Below, in pieces: positions 40,599-51,678 of a stretch of 64,000 nucleotides of DNA. The notes beneath the pieces are model-generated. The model did not search any database. It had not been told where the DNA came from and worked only from the letters and a program-made list of their open reading frames with translations. Each line of letters opens with the position of its first letter. The first letter of the stretch is position 1. Made by a program: the position numbers and the translations under genes. The DNA is from an uncultured Dehalococcoidaceae bacterium (lineage in GTDB: Bacteria > Chloroflexota > Dehalococcoidia > UBA2979): positions 9,386-73,385 of the forward strand of contig CAYZJO010000013.1 of NCBI GenBank assembly GCA_964479165.1, written 5' to 3'.

Positions 40599-40599
40599 C

Positions 40600-40986
40600 C
40601 TAGTGGTGGTGCTCGGCCTCGTAGGCGATCGCATCCGCACGCGTCTTGTTCACCATTCCGTCCGGATGCTCGGGAGGCGAGTAGATCGTGTAGAGCTTGA
40701 GCACCTCCGTTGTCGATACGTTGACGATGTTGTGCCTGGTGCCGGCGGGGATTACCACTACCGATCCGTCGGTCAACTCAGTCTCCGCGCCGTCGAGGAT
40801 CGCTTTCCCGGTGCCCGCCTCGACGCGGATGAACTGGTCGACATGCTCGTGCGTCTCCGCCCCGATCTCCTCGCCCCCCCGGAGCGCCATCACGACCAGT
40901 TGCATCCGCTCGGCGGTGAAGAGCACCTCGCGGAAGTGCTCGTTCGCGAGCGTCCGCTCCTCGATGTTAGTGATGAATCCTGCCAT
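40600..40986 (-). CDS. Cupin-domain protein.
   Basis: MAGFITNIEERTLANEHFREVLFTAERMQLVVMALRGGEEIGAETHEHVDQFIRVEAGTGKAILDG...VVIPAGTRHNIVN. Confidence 0.7.
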   Translation of the reverse strand: MAGFITNIEERTLANEHFREVLFTAERMQLVVMALRGGEEIGAETHEHVDQFIRVEAGTGKAILDGAETELTDGSVVVIPAGTRHNIVNVSTTEVLKLYTIYSPPEHPDGMVNKTRADAIAYEAEHHH

Positions 40987-41059
40987 CGCCAGGCTCCAGT
41001 CCAGGGTGAGAGCGGGCGAGCCGGCCCACCCGCTCACCCTTATCGCACGCAGTGTCGGG

Positions 41060-41539
41060 TTAGGAGGCGTGGTGGAGGTCGGCAGCCGCATCCTCCATGC
41101 GCCGGTACATCTCGGCAACCACCTCGGCACTCATGGAGGCATCCATCAGTTCGAGGTAGACCTCTTCCTCTTTCGCAAAGTGCAGCGAGACGACGGCGTG
41201 GAGTCCATAGGCGAGCCGCGCGATCGTTGCACGATCGGATGGCAGTGCCGCTGCCAACTGAGCAGTGAGCCGCTCGACCTCCGCATGGTCGCGGGACATC
41301 GTGGCCGTGGCCTTTGGTGTTCCGAGCAGCTCTGCGACCTGCGGGTAGAGCACCCGCTCCTCTGCACCCGCGTGGATCAGCAGGTGATCCTGCAGAAACT
41401 CCAACGACCGTTTCAACTCGGACTCGAGGTCGCCGCCGGACCCCAGCGCAGCGTCTCCGAGGTCGCGGAGGGCTTCGATGTGGGGAAACAGCCCAGCATG
41501 CTCATCGCGGATCGGCTGGGTTGGGCGAGGAGCGGACAT
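41060..41539 (-). CDS. Hemerythrin (HHE cation-binding) domain protein.
   Basis: ATG at 41539 with GAGAGGTG RBS. IRDEHAGLFPHIEAL...HLLIHAGAEERVLYP...HAVVSLHFAKEEEVYLELM. Confidence 0.7.
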   Translation of the reverse strand: MSAPRPTQPIRDEHAGLFPHIEALRDLGDAALGSGGDLESELKRSLEFLQDHLLIHAGAEERVLYPQVAELLGTPKATATMSRDHAEVERLTAQLAAALPSDRATIARLAYGLHAVVSLHFAKEEEVYLELMDASMSAEVVAEMYRRMEDAAADLHHAS

Positions 41540-42054
41540 CTCAACACCTCTCTCATCAGGCGACGCGGCGAGTTCTGGGGAATTCGCGTACGCCTCCGGC
41601 AGTATGCGCCGCGTGCCCACACCGCGGTGATACTGGCCCCCGTCGCCGCGAATCGCCGAATGGATTCGCCGCGTGCGCTACCCCCATCCACCGCCTTGGC
41701 AGCGCAGGAGGCGGACCACCGCCGGTGTGGCCGGGCGTTTTATCGTCGCAGCGAGGCTACATTCACGGTCACGCGGCAGAGGCCGCACCTGCCGGAGAGT
41801 TCGCAGGCACAACCATCGGACTCGCACGGTCCAGGGGGATCGATCACCATGGATGTTGGGCGGATGCTTCCGCGGGAGCCGGAGCACCCGCTACTTCACG
41901 CCTGGCGACGAGGCTGTGAGCGATCTCGCTTCCTAATGACCCTCGGCCCGTGGCCTGCCCGCGCGCCTTACTTCGGAACGGATGCGCCTGAGTTGCTATC
42001 GCGCAATGGTGTGCGGGTGCCGTGTGCGGAGCAACGATGTCAGGGCAGCCCTAG

Positions 42055-42846
42055 CTAGAGTTCCGCAGGCCGCAGAACGCGTACGAGAACCTCGTCGTCG
42101 TGACCCTTCACGGTGAGCGATCGAGGTTCCGCCTTCGGGTATTGCTCGCTCACAGAGGAGTAGAGATCACTCCCAATTAGCAGCTCCCCGGGCACGGCCT
42201 GGGACTGCATCCGTGCGGCGAGGTTCACGGTGTCTCCCAGTGCCGTCACCTGCTGGACGCCCGCCACCCCCACCTTCCCCACGAACGCGGGGCCAGCGTT
42301 CACGCCCACGCCTACCTGAAGCCAGGGCTGCGCGCCCCGGCGGTAACCGAAGGCCTGCAACAGCCTCACTCCAGCCTCAACGGCCCGACTCCGATAGTCA
42401 GACCCCATTGCCGGGATGTACAGAGCCATGACCTCGTCGCCCACGAGCTTGTCGATCCAGGCGGCGCCTGCGAGCAGGACCTCCGATGCCTCGCGATAGA
42501 AGCGGTTGAGCAGCGACGCGTACTCGGACGAACCCAACTGCGTTCCGAGCGCCGTCGAGCCGCGCATGTCCGCGAAGAGCACCACTGCGTCGATCTCCGC
42601 CCCGCCTGCCGGGAAGACGTCCTCGCAGACGTTGCACATGTTCGGGCTGTTGCGCGATGGCCGGAACCCTGTGAGCAGGCGCAGCGCTGCGCCGCCGACG
42701 CCCTCGAAGGGCTGCCGGCAGACGAGACACCGTGGGTCGCGAGGGAGAAACGACCACCGTCCGCGGTGACCGTTGACCAGCGCATCGCGCCACATCTCCT
42801 CGACCTGCGGATTGTCGGGAGCGCCGCCCGTGCGTTCTGAGACCAT
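42055..42846 (-). CDS. Class III adenylate/guanylate cyclase with an N-terminal zinc-ribbon-like segment.
   Basis: ATG at 42846 with GGAGG RBS. CLVCRQPF...CNVCEDVF, then VLFADMRGSTAL...KLVGDEVMALY...GVNAGPAFVGKVG...GDTVNLAARM. Confidence 0.8.
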   Translation of the reverse strand: MVSERTGGAPDNPQVEEMWRDALVNGHRGRWSFLPRDPRCLVCRQPFEGVGGAALRLLTGFRPSRNSPNMCNVCEDVFPAGGAEIDAVVLFADMRGSTALGTQLGSSEYASLLNRFYREASEVLLAGAAWIDKLVGDEVMALYIPAMGSDYRSRAVEAGVRLLQAFGYRRGAQPWLQVGVGVNAGPAFVGKVGVAGVQQVTALGDTVNLAARMQSQAVPGELLIGSDLYSSVSEQYPKAEPRSLTVKGHDDEVLVRVLRPAEL

Positions 42847-43007
42847 GGTCGCGCCTCCGGTCGCGTCGATTCGGAGCCCTGGACGGCTTGACGTCACGTT
42901 AGCCCTAAACGCGCATCGTGGTCCTCGACCCGCTGCGACGGAGCGTACTACCTCGAGTCGTGGACGGTGACGAGATGATGGCTGTGCGTGGGTGGAAGGA
43001 GACGACG

Positions 43008-43613
43008 ATGGCGACCACACCGCCTGGCGATGAACATCCCGATCCGGATACTCAGCACCCCTCGGCACACCGTGGCATGAGCATGAGCTACGCGCGGTTC
43101 GGGGCGATGGTCGCCACGTCCGCGCTCGTCATGTTCATCCTCATGTATCTCAACACCTTCGCGTGGGACCACGTGCGGTGGAGCGAGACGCGCTTCTACA
43201 TGGCCTTGCTCATGGGCGCATCGATGGCAGTCATCATGATGGGCTACATGCTGAGCATGTATCGGAACGCGCGCGTCAACGCCGGCATCGCGGCAGCCAG
43301 CATTGCGCTCTTCCTGCTTGCCCTATTCCTTGTCCGCAGCCAGGCGACGGTGCAGGACACCTCCTATATGAGTGCCATGGTCCCCCACCACTCGATCGCG
43401 ATTCTCACCAGTGAACGCTCGCAGATCAGCGACTTGCGAGTCTGCGAGCTCGCCGTCGAGATCATCGAAGCTCAACGTGGTGAGATTCAGGAGATGTCCT
43501 GGCTGATCGACGACATCGAGGAGCACGGACGGGCCACCACGAGGGCGGAAGCCCACGCACGTCCGGTTCCTTCCTTCGAAGGAACGAGCGAGCGATCCTG
43601 CGCCAGCGAATAG
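43008..43613 (+). CDS. DUF305-family membrane-anchored protein (often in copper and oxidative-stress loci).
   Basis: AGGAGA RBS. N-terminal TM helices. MVPHHSIAILTSERSQISDLRVCELAVEIIEAQRGEIQEMSWL. Confidence 0.75.
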   Translation: MATTPPGDEHPDPDTQHPSAHRGMSMSYARFGAMVATSALVMFILMYLNTFAWDHVRWSETRFYMALLMGASMAVIMMGYMLSMYRNARVNAGIAAASIALFLLALFLVRSQATVQDTSYMSAMVPHHSIAILTSERSQISDLRVCELAVEIIEAQRGEIQEMSWLIDDIEEHGRATTRAEAHARPVPSFEGTSERSCASE

Positions 43614-43739
43614 CGAGGTGTCCCGGTAACCCGGCGGAGGGAATGCACTCGAGGCCATGCGCACGCGACGGCCTACGGAGCGAAAGAGCACCGCGTGAAT
43701 GGCGTCTCTGGCGCCTCGCCGGGGGCGTGAGCCTCCGAA

Positions 43740-43940
43740 CTAGCCACTTGAGCGATGCTCGCGCAGGTCGAGCATGATCTGCTGGAAGCGCTCCTGATCG
43801 ATGTCACCGCGCGCGTAGGCCCGACGCGCCTCGTCTTCGGCAGACGGAGCCCGATCTCGACCCGGAGCCAGGAACGATCGCAGTGCCACCGCAATCAGCA
43901 ACAGGAATGGCAACCACACCATGAGCATCATGATGCTCAT
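43740..43940 (-). CDS. SHOCT-domain small membrane protein.
   Basis: MSIMMLMVWLPFLLLIAVALRSF...ARRAYARGDIDQERFQQIMLDL. GGGGGA RBS. Last gene of the sigma-copB operon. Confidence 0.55.
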   Translation of the reverse strand: MSIMMLMVWLPFLLLIAVALRSFLAPGRDRAPSAEDEARRAYARGDIDQERFQQIMLDLREHRSSG

Positions 43941-44082
43941 CGAAAGCCAATCCCCCGAGTTCCAGTCACCATGCCCAGTGCCACATGACCGTGCCTGCTC
44001 ATGCTTCGAACAGCATCCGTCTGGAGGGACGTCGCATAGCCCGACGAACGTCCCGCCTTCGCCGGGCCACGAGTCCCTAACG

Positions 44083-46350
44083 CTAGGTCCCGTCCCCGGC
44101 TCGGAGGTCGACCCGTCGCAGTAGCTGCGCGTTGGCGGCGACGATGATCGTGGATAGGCTCATGAACACCGCGCCAAGGGCAGGCGGCAGGACGAAGCCC
44201 GCCCATGCCATGACGCCGGCCGCCAGCGGAATCGCCACGACGTTGTAGCCGGTCGCCCAGACCAGGTTCTGGACCATCTTGCGGTAGGACGCCGCCGATA
44301 GCCGGATCACGCCCACGACCGACCGTGGGTCATCGGAAGCGAGCACGACCCCTGCCGATTCGATCGCCACGTCCGTGCCGGCGCCGATCGCCAGTCCCAC
44401 GTCAGCCTGCGCCAACGCCGGGGCGTCGTTCACGCCGTCGCCGACCATCGCCACGCGCAACCCACGTCGCTGGAGCGCGACGACCTGTTCGGCCTTGTGC
44501 TCCGGCAACACCTCTGCGAACACCTCGTCGATCCCGAGGTCGCGCGCGACCGCCTCTGCCACGCTGCGCGCGTCGCCCGTAACCATCGCCACCTGCACCC
44601 CGAGGGCGTGAAGCGACTCGACCGCTTCGCGCGACTCGGGACGAGCCTCGTCCTCTAGCGCGAGCGCACCGGCGACCTGACCATCACGCAGCAGGTACAG
44701 CACAGTTGCCCCCCGCTGCTGCCAGGGTTCGACCGCTGACTCGGCGTCCGCTGAGATCTCGAGCCCCCGTTCGCGTAGCCGCCGGGGGCCGACCACCTCG
44801 ACCTCGACGCCGTCAACGACCCCCCGGACACCCCGTCCCGGGTCCGCGGCAAACGAAGACACGGGAGCCATGGCGCCATGCTCGCGAGCGCGCTCGACGA
44901 TGGCCCGCGCGAGCGGGTGCTCTGACTCCGCTTCGACGGAGCCGGCGAGCCGGAGCATCGCGGGCTCGTCGCCGTCGGCCACCCAGATCCCTGTGACGCG
45001 CGGCCGCCCGAGGGTGAGCGTCCCGGTCTTGTCGAAGAGCACGATGTCCAGCTGACGCGTCCGCTCGAGCGCGAGGCGGTCCTTCACGAGGATGCCATTG
45101 CGCGCGGAGACCTCCGTCGAGATCGCGATCACGAGCGGGATCGCAAGCCCGAGGGCGTGAGGGCAGGCGATCACGAGCACAGTGACCGTACGGGCAATCG
45201 CTTCGTCGACGTCGCCCAGAAGCGACCAGACGATGAACGTGGCGAACCCCGAGCCGATCGCGACGTAGAACAGTAACGCCGCGGCCCGATCGGCGATCGC
45301 CTGGGCGCGGGAGCGCGATTGTTGCGCCTGAGCGACTAGACGCTGGATTCCGGCGAGCGCGGTGTCGTCGCCGACGGCGTCCACGCGTACTCGGATGGCG
45401 GACCCGAGCGCGACAGTGGCAGCCGCGACGCGGTCGCCTCGCTGCCGTAGGACTGGGCGCGACTCACCCGTCAGCATGGCCTCGTCGAAGTCGGCCTGCC
45501 CGGATTCGACCCTGCCGTCAGCGGGGACACGAGCACCGGGGCGGACGAGGACCACGTCACCTGCCCTGAGATCCGAGAGCGGGACGATCCGTGTCTCGTC
45601 ACCGTCCACCAGTTCCGCTTCGTCCGGCAGGAGTTCAGCAAGGGCCGCCAGCGCGCCACGCGTCCGGCCGAGCGCGCGCATCTCCTGCCAGTGGCCGAGC
45701 AGCATCACTGTGACGAGCGCGGCGAGTTCCCACCAGAAATCGAGGTCGACCAGCCCGAACTCGTAGGCCACGGACGAGATGAACGCGACCGTGATCGCGA
45801 GCGAGATCAGCAGCATCATGCCTGGCTGGCGGACCCGAACCTCATCCCAGCCGCCCTTGAGAAACACCCGTCCGCCGTAGAGGAAGACAATCGAGCCGAG
45901 GACAGGCGAGACGAGGGCGTGACCCGGTACTGCCGTGAGCGAGTACCCGAGCCAGTGCTGCACCATCCCGCTGAACGCGATGGTGGGGATTGTCAGGACG
46001 AACGAGAGCCAGAAGAGACGCCGGAACGCCTCGGGGTCGTGCCCCGCGTGCTTGTCATGCCCGGCGTGCGGGTCCTGGCCGCGTCCGGTGCGCCCTGCGG
46101 ATGGCCGGTGCTCGGCGTGGTCGCCGTGAGCAGCGTCCTGCTCAGCAGCACGCGCTGGGGCGTGGCCGGCGTGCCCGTCGTGATCTTGGTGACCAATCGG
46201 CGCGCCAGGTGTGGTCGGCGCTTCGCCCGAGGCGGCTTCCGCATCGACGTGGTGGGCGCCCGACTGCGAGGGCTCGGGATGCAGAGGCCGCTGCTCCGGC
46301 GGGTGGTGGGCGTGGGCCGAGTGATCGGAGTGGTCGTGGTGCGCTGGCAT
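44083..46350 (-). CDS. copB: Heavy-metal P1B-type ATPase with a CPH motif and His-rich N-terminus (CopB-like copper exporter).
   Basis: ATG at 46350 with GAGGGGAG RBS. About 110 aa of His-rich N-terminus ([13 protein letters not shown]...). [29 protein letters not shown]. Confidence 0.9.
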   Translation of the reverse strand: MPAHHDHSDHSAHAHHPPEQRPLHPEPSQSGAHHVDAEAASGEAPTTPGAPIGHQDHDGHAGHAPARAAEQDAAHGDHAEHRPSAGRTGRGQDPHAGHDKHAGHDPEAFRRLFWLSFVLTIPTIAFSGMVQHWLGYSLTAVPGHALVSPVLGSIVFLYGGRVFLKGGWDEVRVRQPGMMLLISLAITVAFISSVAYEFGLVDLDFWWELAALVTVMLLGHWQEMRALGRTRGALAALAELLPDEAELVDGDETRIVPLSDLRAGDVVLVRPGARVPADGRVESGQADFDEAMLTGESRPVLRQRGDRVAAATVALGSAIRVRVDAVGDDTALAGIQRLVAQAQQSRSRAQAIADRAAALLFYVAIGSGFATFIVWSLLGDVDEAIARTVTVLVIACPHALGLAIPLVIAISTEVSARNGILVKDRLALERTRQLDIVLFDKTGTLTLGRPRVTGIWVADGDEPAMLRLAGSVEAESEHPLARAIVERAREHGAMAPVSSFAADPGRGVRGVVDGVEVEVVGPRRLRERGLEISADAESAVEPWQQRGATVLYLLRDGQVAGALALEDEARPESREAVESLHALGVQVAMVTGDARSVAEAVARDLGIDEVFAEVLPEHKAEQVVALQRRGLRVAMVGDGVNDAPALAQADVGLAIGAGTDVAIESAGVVLASDDPRSVVGVIRLSAASYRKMVQNLVWATGYNVVAIPLAAGVMAWAGFVLPPALGAVFMSLSTIIVAANAQLLRRVDLRAGDGT

Positions 46351-46409
46351 TGCGTCTGCTCCCCTCGAGGACCGGGTGTGCCTCTGTAGACGCAGCCGCC
46401 CCTGGCCGA

Positions 46410-46976
46410 TTACACCGCGGGCGCCGTCTCGCAGATGCAATCGAGGCAGCCGTGGTCGGCACAGACACGGCAGGTCGCTTCGAGCGACTCACGCAGCGCG
46501 CGGCGAGCGCGGTGCCGCCGAACGTTCAGGTTGTTCGTGGTCAGCCCGAGCTCCTCGGCGACCTCGTGCGCCGGCCGCTCCTCCAGGTCAACCGCTGCGA
46601 GCACGGCAGCGTACTCCGGGCGGAGCGACGGCAGCAGCGCGCGAAAGCACTCGCAGAGTTCGCGCTCAGCCGCTTCCGAGAGGTCTGCGAGATCGTGGCC
46701 GTCGTACAGTCGTTCCACCCGTCGCGTCTGGACGTCTTGCCGCCGGTAGGCGTCGACCACCGCGTTCCGTAGGACGCGATAGAACCATGCGGCGAGCCGT
46801 TCCCCGTCGTCGATGTCTGGCGCTGCGCGGAACGCGCGCAGAAACGCCTCCTGGAGAATGTCCTCGGCCAGCTCCGGGTCGGACACGCGGCGCCGCACGA
46901 AGGCCAGGTACTGTGAGCGTGCAGCGCTGAGGGCTTCCTGAGCGTCCGTCCGTGGTGTGTGAATGTGTACTGCCAT
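46410..46976 (-). CDS. ECF sigma factor with a C-terminal Cys-rich extension (CorE-like).
   Basis: Sigma-70 regions 2 and 4 ([12 protein letters not shown]...DAYRR; [30 protein letters not shown]) are followed by [17 protein letters not shown]. It lies directly upstream of copB in the same orientation. Confidence 0.8.
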   Translation of the reverse strand: MAVHIHTPRTDAQEALSAARSQYLAFVRRRVSDPELAEDILQEAFLRAFRAAPDIDDGERLAAWFYRVLRNAVVDAYRRQDVQTRRVERLYDGHDLADLSEAAERELCECFRALLPSLRPEYAAVLAAVDLEERPAHEVAEELGLTTNNLNVRRHRARRALRESLEATCRVCADHGCLDCICETAPAV

Positions 46977-47042
46977 AGCGGACTCGCGCTTCGCCCAGGG
47001 CGATTGCACCGCGACCTCAGGTCGCGGTCTCGCGCCCGATCC

Positions 47043-47483
47043 TCAGTTAACCCGAAGGACGCCGTGCATACCTGCATCGCGGTGCCCCGGCTCATTGCAG
47101 TAGAAGACGTATTCGCCGACGTCGGTCGCCTCGAACTCCAGGGTCCCTCGCTGACCGGCTCCGAGCGCCATGTGCATCGCCGCTCCGCCGCCGTGCCCGC
47201 CGTGGCCACCGGCAGACGAACCGCCGGTCATCTCCACTCCCTGCATCGGCATGGAGTCGATGCTGAAGTCATGCGATAGCGCGCCGCCGTTCTCCAGGCG
47301 CAGACGCACGCTCTCCCCGCGGGCGAGTTCAATCACTGTCGGCTCGTACGCGATGTCCCGCATCATCACGCTGATCTCGCGGACGGCGGCACCGTCGCCA
47401 TCGGATGGGGAGGTGTCGCCACCACACGCGATGAACGCGAGCCCAACGGTCACGAGCACAGTGAGAAGCGCGTTGCGTCGCAC
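47043..47483 (-). CDS. Cupredoxin (type-1 copper) lipoprotein with a His/Met-rich insert.
   Basis: GTG at 47483 with GGAGGTG RBS. Lipobox LAFIACGG. MPMQGVEMTGGSSAGGHGGHGGGAAMHM. T1Cu ligands FYCNEPGHRDAGMHGV. Confidence 0.75.
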   Translation of the reverse strand: MRRNALLTVLVTVGLAFIACGGDTSPSDGDGAAVREISVMMRDIAYEPTVIELARGESVRLRLENGGALSHDFSIDSMPMQGVEMTGGSSAGGHGGHGGGAAMHMALGAGQRGTLEFEATDVGEYVFYCNEPGHRDAGMHGVLRVN

Positions 47484-47695
47484 CTCACCTCCATCAGTAT
47501 TCCGAATGACTCGGGGAACACCCGGCAGGACGGCTGCGGACCGCTCGCTATTATCCTCTCCACGCGACGCGCCAGCCGAGCACGCGCTCGCACCGTCCGA
47601 CGGACGGCATTTCGCGGCAAGTTGCACGAATGCTAGGCCGCGATCCATGGTCGCGCTTACCGTCGCGCGCCGCAGTCCGAACTCAGCGAATGACC

Positions 47696-48448
47696 TCATT
47701 CCACGCTGACCGTAAAAGAGGCGGTTCGCACGTCACCGTCCCCGGGCAAGTACTGAGCCCACAATCGGTAGAGCCCGGGCTTCGGGAAGATGTGGCTGAA
47801 GTCGAGATCCGGACCGAGGCTCGCTCGCGTGGGCGCCGGGTGCGCGTGGTGGTCACCATGCTCCCCTGGTTCCCGCCGTGCATCCGCGGCGTGAGCGTGA
47901 CCGAAGTCTTGTGCTGCTGCATCGAGGATAACCACGTGCGCAGCAGCCCCCAGGTACGGACGGAGATCCGTCACACCTGCTCCCGTGTCGATGCGAGCGA
48001 CGCGGAGGCGCAGGGAAGTCGTCTCACCCGCCCGGATGTTTCGCGGCAAGCTGAGCGAGACGAGGTGGTCGCCGACGAGCACCGGTTTCGTGTCTGGGGA
48101 GAGAGTGCCCCTGGCAGTACTTTCGTCCCCAACCGAGATTTCGAAGCGTTCGAGTATCTGCTCGCCGGCTCGCCGCTCCGCCTCGAGGAAGCCGACGTAG
48201 ATACCGGGCTCCTGGAACGTCGCGTCGACTTCGAACGCCCCCGCTGCAGCAACCGGGTGGGGATGGAGATGCTGGAAGCGCTCGAGATCGCGACGTACGA
48301 GGATGAGGTGTGCTGGGCGATTGTGCACTTGGAGGATATCGCTGACCGGCTCGCGGGACTCTGAGTCGAGGATGTCGAACCGCAGACGCTCCGTCTGGCC
48401 GGGTTGCAGCACGGGAGGGGCATCAATCTTCACCTGAGTCGAGTACAT
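47696..48448 (-). CDS. Hypothetical two-domain His-rich protein, possibly a metal-binding or copper-chaperone-like protein.
   Basis: ATG at 48448 with GGAGGA RBS. HLHPHP, HAHAADARREPGEHGDHHAHP. Two repeated beta-rich segments. It is upstream of the cupredoxin gene. The track N-terminus from 48703 is spurious. Confidence 0.5.
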   Translation of the reverse strand: MYSTQVKIDAPPVLQPGQTERLRFDILDSESREPVSDILQVHNRPAHLILVRRDLERFQHLHPHPVAAAGAFEVDATFQEPGIYVGFLEAERRAGEQILERFEISVGDESTARGTLSPDTKPVLVGDHLVSLSLPRNIRAGETTSLRLRVARIDTGAGVTDLRPYLGAAAHVVILDAAAQDFGHAHAADARREPGEHGDHHAHPAPTRASLGPDLDFSHIFPKPGLYRLWAQYLPGDGDVRTASFTVSVE

Positions 48449-48515
48449 GGCTTGTCCTCCATGACCGTACCGTCTCGCATGCGCGTGGTTGGCCACCGGG
48501 GTCCAGTCAGGACAA

Positions 48516-49502
48516 CTAACGGTGAAGCCCGGAGGCCGGACTCGCGCGATGACGATCGCCTTCAGCAGTGGCGGGATGGGCTCCAAGCTCAGGTTGGCGG
48601 GTTCGCTCGGCGGCAGAAGCGGCGTCCAACGCCAGGCGATGGCCTCGGTCGAGCCGCCGACGAGTGACAAACGCGGCAGCCGCAGCGAACACGACGGTCG
48701 CAATCAACGCCGCCAATTGACGGCCATCTCCGTCGAGCAGACTGGTCGCCAGACCGTCTGTGTTGTTGCTCCGATTGAACACCGTGTGGAGCAGCGCGAC
48801 GGCGAGGACACTGTCTCGTGTTCCGCGGAGTACCACCCCGAGCATCAGCCGGAAGACCGCCCCGAAGATCAGGAGCGCGACCAGCCCCGCCACCACCGAG
48901 CCGGCTGAGAAGTCACCGAAGAATTGGAACGGCATGTGGATCAGCGCGAAGGGGACCGCCGTCAGCGCAGCGGCCGCAAGGAGCCCGAAGCGCTCGAGTC
49001 GCGTCTGCACTACGCCTGCCCAGGCGGTCTCCTCGCCGAGGTTGATCAGGAGGAACGCGGTCAACAGCCCGACAACCTCGCTGACGACGAGGCGCATCGG
49101 GTCGACCGGCCTCAGTGAGTCCCCGAGCAGCAACGCGAACCCGATAGTCAGCGCCGGCAGCCCGCCGAGCACGGCCAGCCACCAGATCACTCCAAACCGC
49201 CAGCGAAACGCTCGACCCAGAAGGCCGCGGACGCCCGCAGGTCCATCGGCTGCCCACGTCACCCAGAGCGCCGTCGGAATCATCACTCCCACGGTCATCA
49301 GTAGCGCGGTGAGCTGCTCGGCCTCGAGTCCTACCTTCCCCGCCAGCGAGCCCCCCGGTATGACGCCGTGGTCGGCAAGGACAGGGAGGGCCATCAACGG
49401 ATACGCCAGCGAGAAAAGCAGGACCAGGAACGCGCCGGTCGGGTGTCGACCGGCCCAGCCCCGGAACCCGGGCCGCGGCGCCCCCTCGGATGTCCTACTT
49501 GT
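48516..49502 (-). CDS. CPBP-family intramembrane metalloprotease (CAAX protease / Abi-like).
   Basis: LGEETAWAGVVQTRLER (EExxxR), FALIHMPF and LLHTVFNRS motifs. Multi-TM. The start is uncertain (possible TTG near 49502). Confidence 0.65.
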   Translation of the reverse strand, partial: TSRTSEGAPRPGFRGWAGRHPTGAFLVLLFSLAYPLMALPVLADHGVIPGGSLAGKVGLEAEQLTALLMTVGVMIPTALWVTWAADGPAGVRGLLGRAFRWRFGVIWWLAVLGGLPALTIGFALLLGDSLRPVDPMRLVVSEVVGLLTAFLLINLGEETAWAGVVQTRLERFGLLAAAALTAVPFALIHMPFQFFGDFSAGSVVAGLVALLIFGAVFRLMLGVVLRGTRDSVLAVALLHTVFNRSNNTDGLATSLLDGDGRQLAALIATVVFAAAAAFVTRRRLDRGHRLALDAASAAERTRQPELGAHPATAEGDRHRASPASGLHR

Positions 49503-50010
49503 CAATGCAACCTCTTGGTTCAAGTCAGATCCCCCAATGTGCTGCGCGTCATCGCCTGTGTCCGATCCGATGTCTACAGACGCGATCGGCGCGGAAACAG
49601 TTCCCTGATCCTCCGGAGGTGCCTGCTCCTTCACGATCTGACGAGCAAGCTCGCGCAGAGCAGCAACCGCCGCGCCACCTGCCACGACCCCGTGGAGCGC
49701 GGCAGGCTCAGGAAGTATGGAGACCCGACTCCTGAGGCGGGCGAGCTATCAGTCTGGACTTGGCCCTCGGAGGACACACGTCTGCCACAACGGCGGCGGC
49801 GACGGCGACCCCTGACGGGTGTCACTGGGCAAGTACGGCATGCGTCCGAGAGTCGCGGACCTGAATAGGCAGGACGGGATCCTTGAAGAGCCCGTGCCCA
49901 ACCCCATCTGAGCCGCGCGGGCGGTTGTAGACCAGGCTAGGACGAGCCCACCTGCGCCGGGCCGCGACGAAGTGAAGCCCAGTCGCTCACCAGAGGGGGC
50001 GCCTAGGGTC

Positions 50011-51678
50011 CTAGCCGCGTCGGAGCGCTGTGGCTGGGCCGCGCTCACTCTCGACCGCACGTTCGAGCGGGATGCTCCCGGCCACGAGCGTGCCGCTCCC
50101 GGGTGCGCTGCTCAGACTGACGCCGCCGCCGAGCCGCTCCGCGCGTTCCTGCATTGACCGCAGACCGAGATGGCCTGGGGCACGCTGTGTTGGATCGAAG
50201 CCGATTCCGTCGTCGCGGATACCGAAGCGAATGTCTTCCGCGCCCACTTCAAGCGTGACGGAGATGGCGCACGCCTGGGCGTGCTTGACGACGTTGTGCA
50301 GGGCCTCGCGGAGGATGCCATAGACGGCGTCCTTCACTGCAGGCGGGAGCTGGGGCTCGTCACAGGCGAGCGGCTCCACGGCAAGATCGTGGCGGGCGCG
50401 GAGGGCATGGATCTGCCGGTTGATCGCGGCGACGAGACCCTCGTGTTCCAGCGCCCGCGGATGCAGATCGAAGATGAGCGCGCGCATCTCAGCGAGCCCG
50501 GCCGCGGCGAGCGAGATCACGTACTCGATCGGCTCCGCCACTGGACCGTTTCCCGTCTCGAGATACCGGCTGGCTGTGCGTGCACCGAGGGCGATGCCAT
50601 AGAGCGCCTGGGCGACGGAGTCGTGCAGGTCACGCGCGAGCCGCTGACGTTCCTCGAGAACCGCGAGTTGCTGCGCGCGCTCATACAGGCGCGCGTTATC
50701 GATCGCAACGGCGGCGTGGTCCGCGAACGCCTGCGCGAGCAGTGCATGCCGGTGAGTGAAATAACCGGGCGCGTTGCTCGACACGCCCACATAGCCGATC
50801 AGCGAACCTTTGACGGCGAGCGGCGTCGCCATCCACGTTCGCATGTAAGCCAGATCGGGCAAGTGGAGCAGATCGCCCATCGTGGCGCGATAGTCCTCCG
50901 CCAGCTGTCCGTCAGAGCGGAGTACGTCGTGGATGACAACCGGCTCGAGCCCACGCATCCGCTCCCAGAACTCGGGGGACGCTGCAACCTGCACGCATGG
51001 ATAGCGAAGGCTTCGCGGTCGCTCTGCCGCCTCGGAAGCGGATCGGGGCAGCGACGCCAGCGGGAAGCGAAGCCCGCTTGGCTGCGGCTCGAGCCCGCTC
51101 GTCCCTTCAATGAGTAGGTCGTGAATTACCAGCTCATGTCCCTCGATCAGGATCAGCGAAGCCGCGTTGTACGGAACCACCTCACGAAGCTGGTCGAGAA
51201 TCAGGCGCACGAGCTCCGAGAGCTCGAGCGTCGACGCGACGGCTCGCGACACTCGAAGCAGGCTCTCGAGCTGCCGCGTGCGATCGGCAACGCGATGCTC
51301 GAGCTCCTGTTCAATACGCACCTGATCGCTGATGTCGCGCACGATGACGAGCACCGCACGACGTCCCTCGTAGTGAAGCGCATGGCCGACTAGTTCGACA
51401 TCGAAGCGGGTGCCGTCACGGCGGACGTGCTCAGCGCGCTCGCGGAAGTCTTGGCCCGACGGCGTGGCTGCCACCTTCGCGCTGAAGACATGCCAACTGG
51501 ACTCTGCAATGAACTCGCTCGCGCGCAAGCCAGTCATCTCGGAGTAACCATGCATCCTGCAGAGGGCAGGGTTCGCGGCCAGCACGATCCCCGTGTCCGC
51601 CTCGGTGATCGCGACCCCGTCACTGATCGTGTCGAGGATTGCTCGGTACGCGTCCGCGCCCGCCAGGTCGGATGTCAT
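50011..51678 (-). CDS. Sensor histidine kinase, PAS-GAF-HisKA_3-HATPase (NarL/LuxR-type partner).
   Basis: PAS (ILDTISDGVAITEADTGIVLAANPA). A GAF-like middle. ERQRLARDLHDSVAQALYGI (HisKA_3). A C-terminal ATPase with GLGLRSMQERAERLGG. Confidence 0.85.
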   Translation of the reverse strand: MTSDLAGADAYRAILDTISDGVAITEADTGIVLAANPALCRMHGYSEMTGLRASEFIAESSWHVFSAKVAATPSGQDFRERAEHVRRDGTRFDVELVGHALHYEGRRAVLVIVRDISDQVRIEQELEHRVADRTRQLESLLRVSRAVASTLELSELVRLILDQLREVVPYNAASLILIEGHELVIHDLLIEGTSGLEPQPSGLRFPLASLPRSASEAAERPRSLRYPCVQVAASPEFWERMRGLEPVVIHDVLRSDGQLAEDYRATMGDLLHLPDLAYMRTWMATPLAVKGSLIGYVGVSSNAPGYFTHRHALLAQAFADHAAVAIDNARLYERAQQLAVLEERQRLARDLHDSVAQALYGIALGARTASRYLETGNGPVAEPIEYVISLAAAGLAEMRALIFDLHPRALEHEGLVAAINRQIHALRARHDLAVEPLACDEPQLPPAVKDAVYGILREALHNVVKHAQACAISVTLEVGAEDIRFGIRDDGIGFDPTQRAPGHLGLRSMQERAERLGGGVSLSSAPGSGTLVAGSIPLERAVESERGPATALRRG

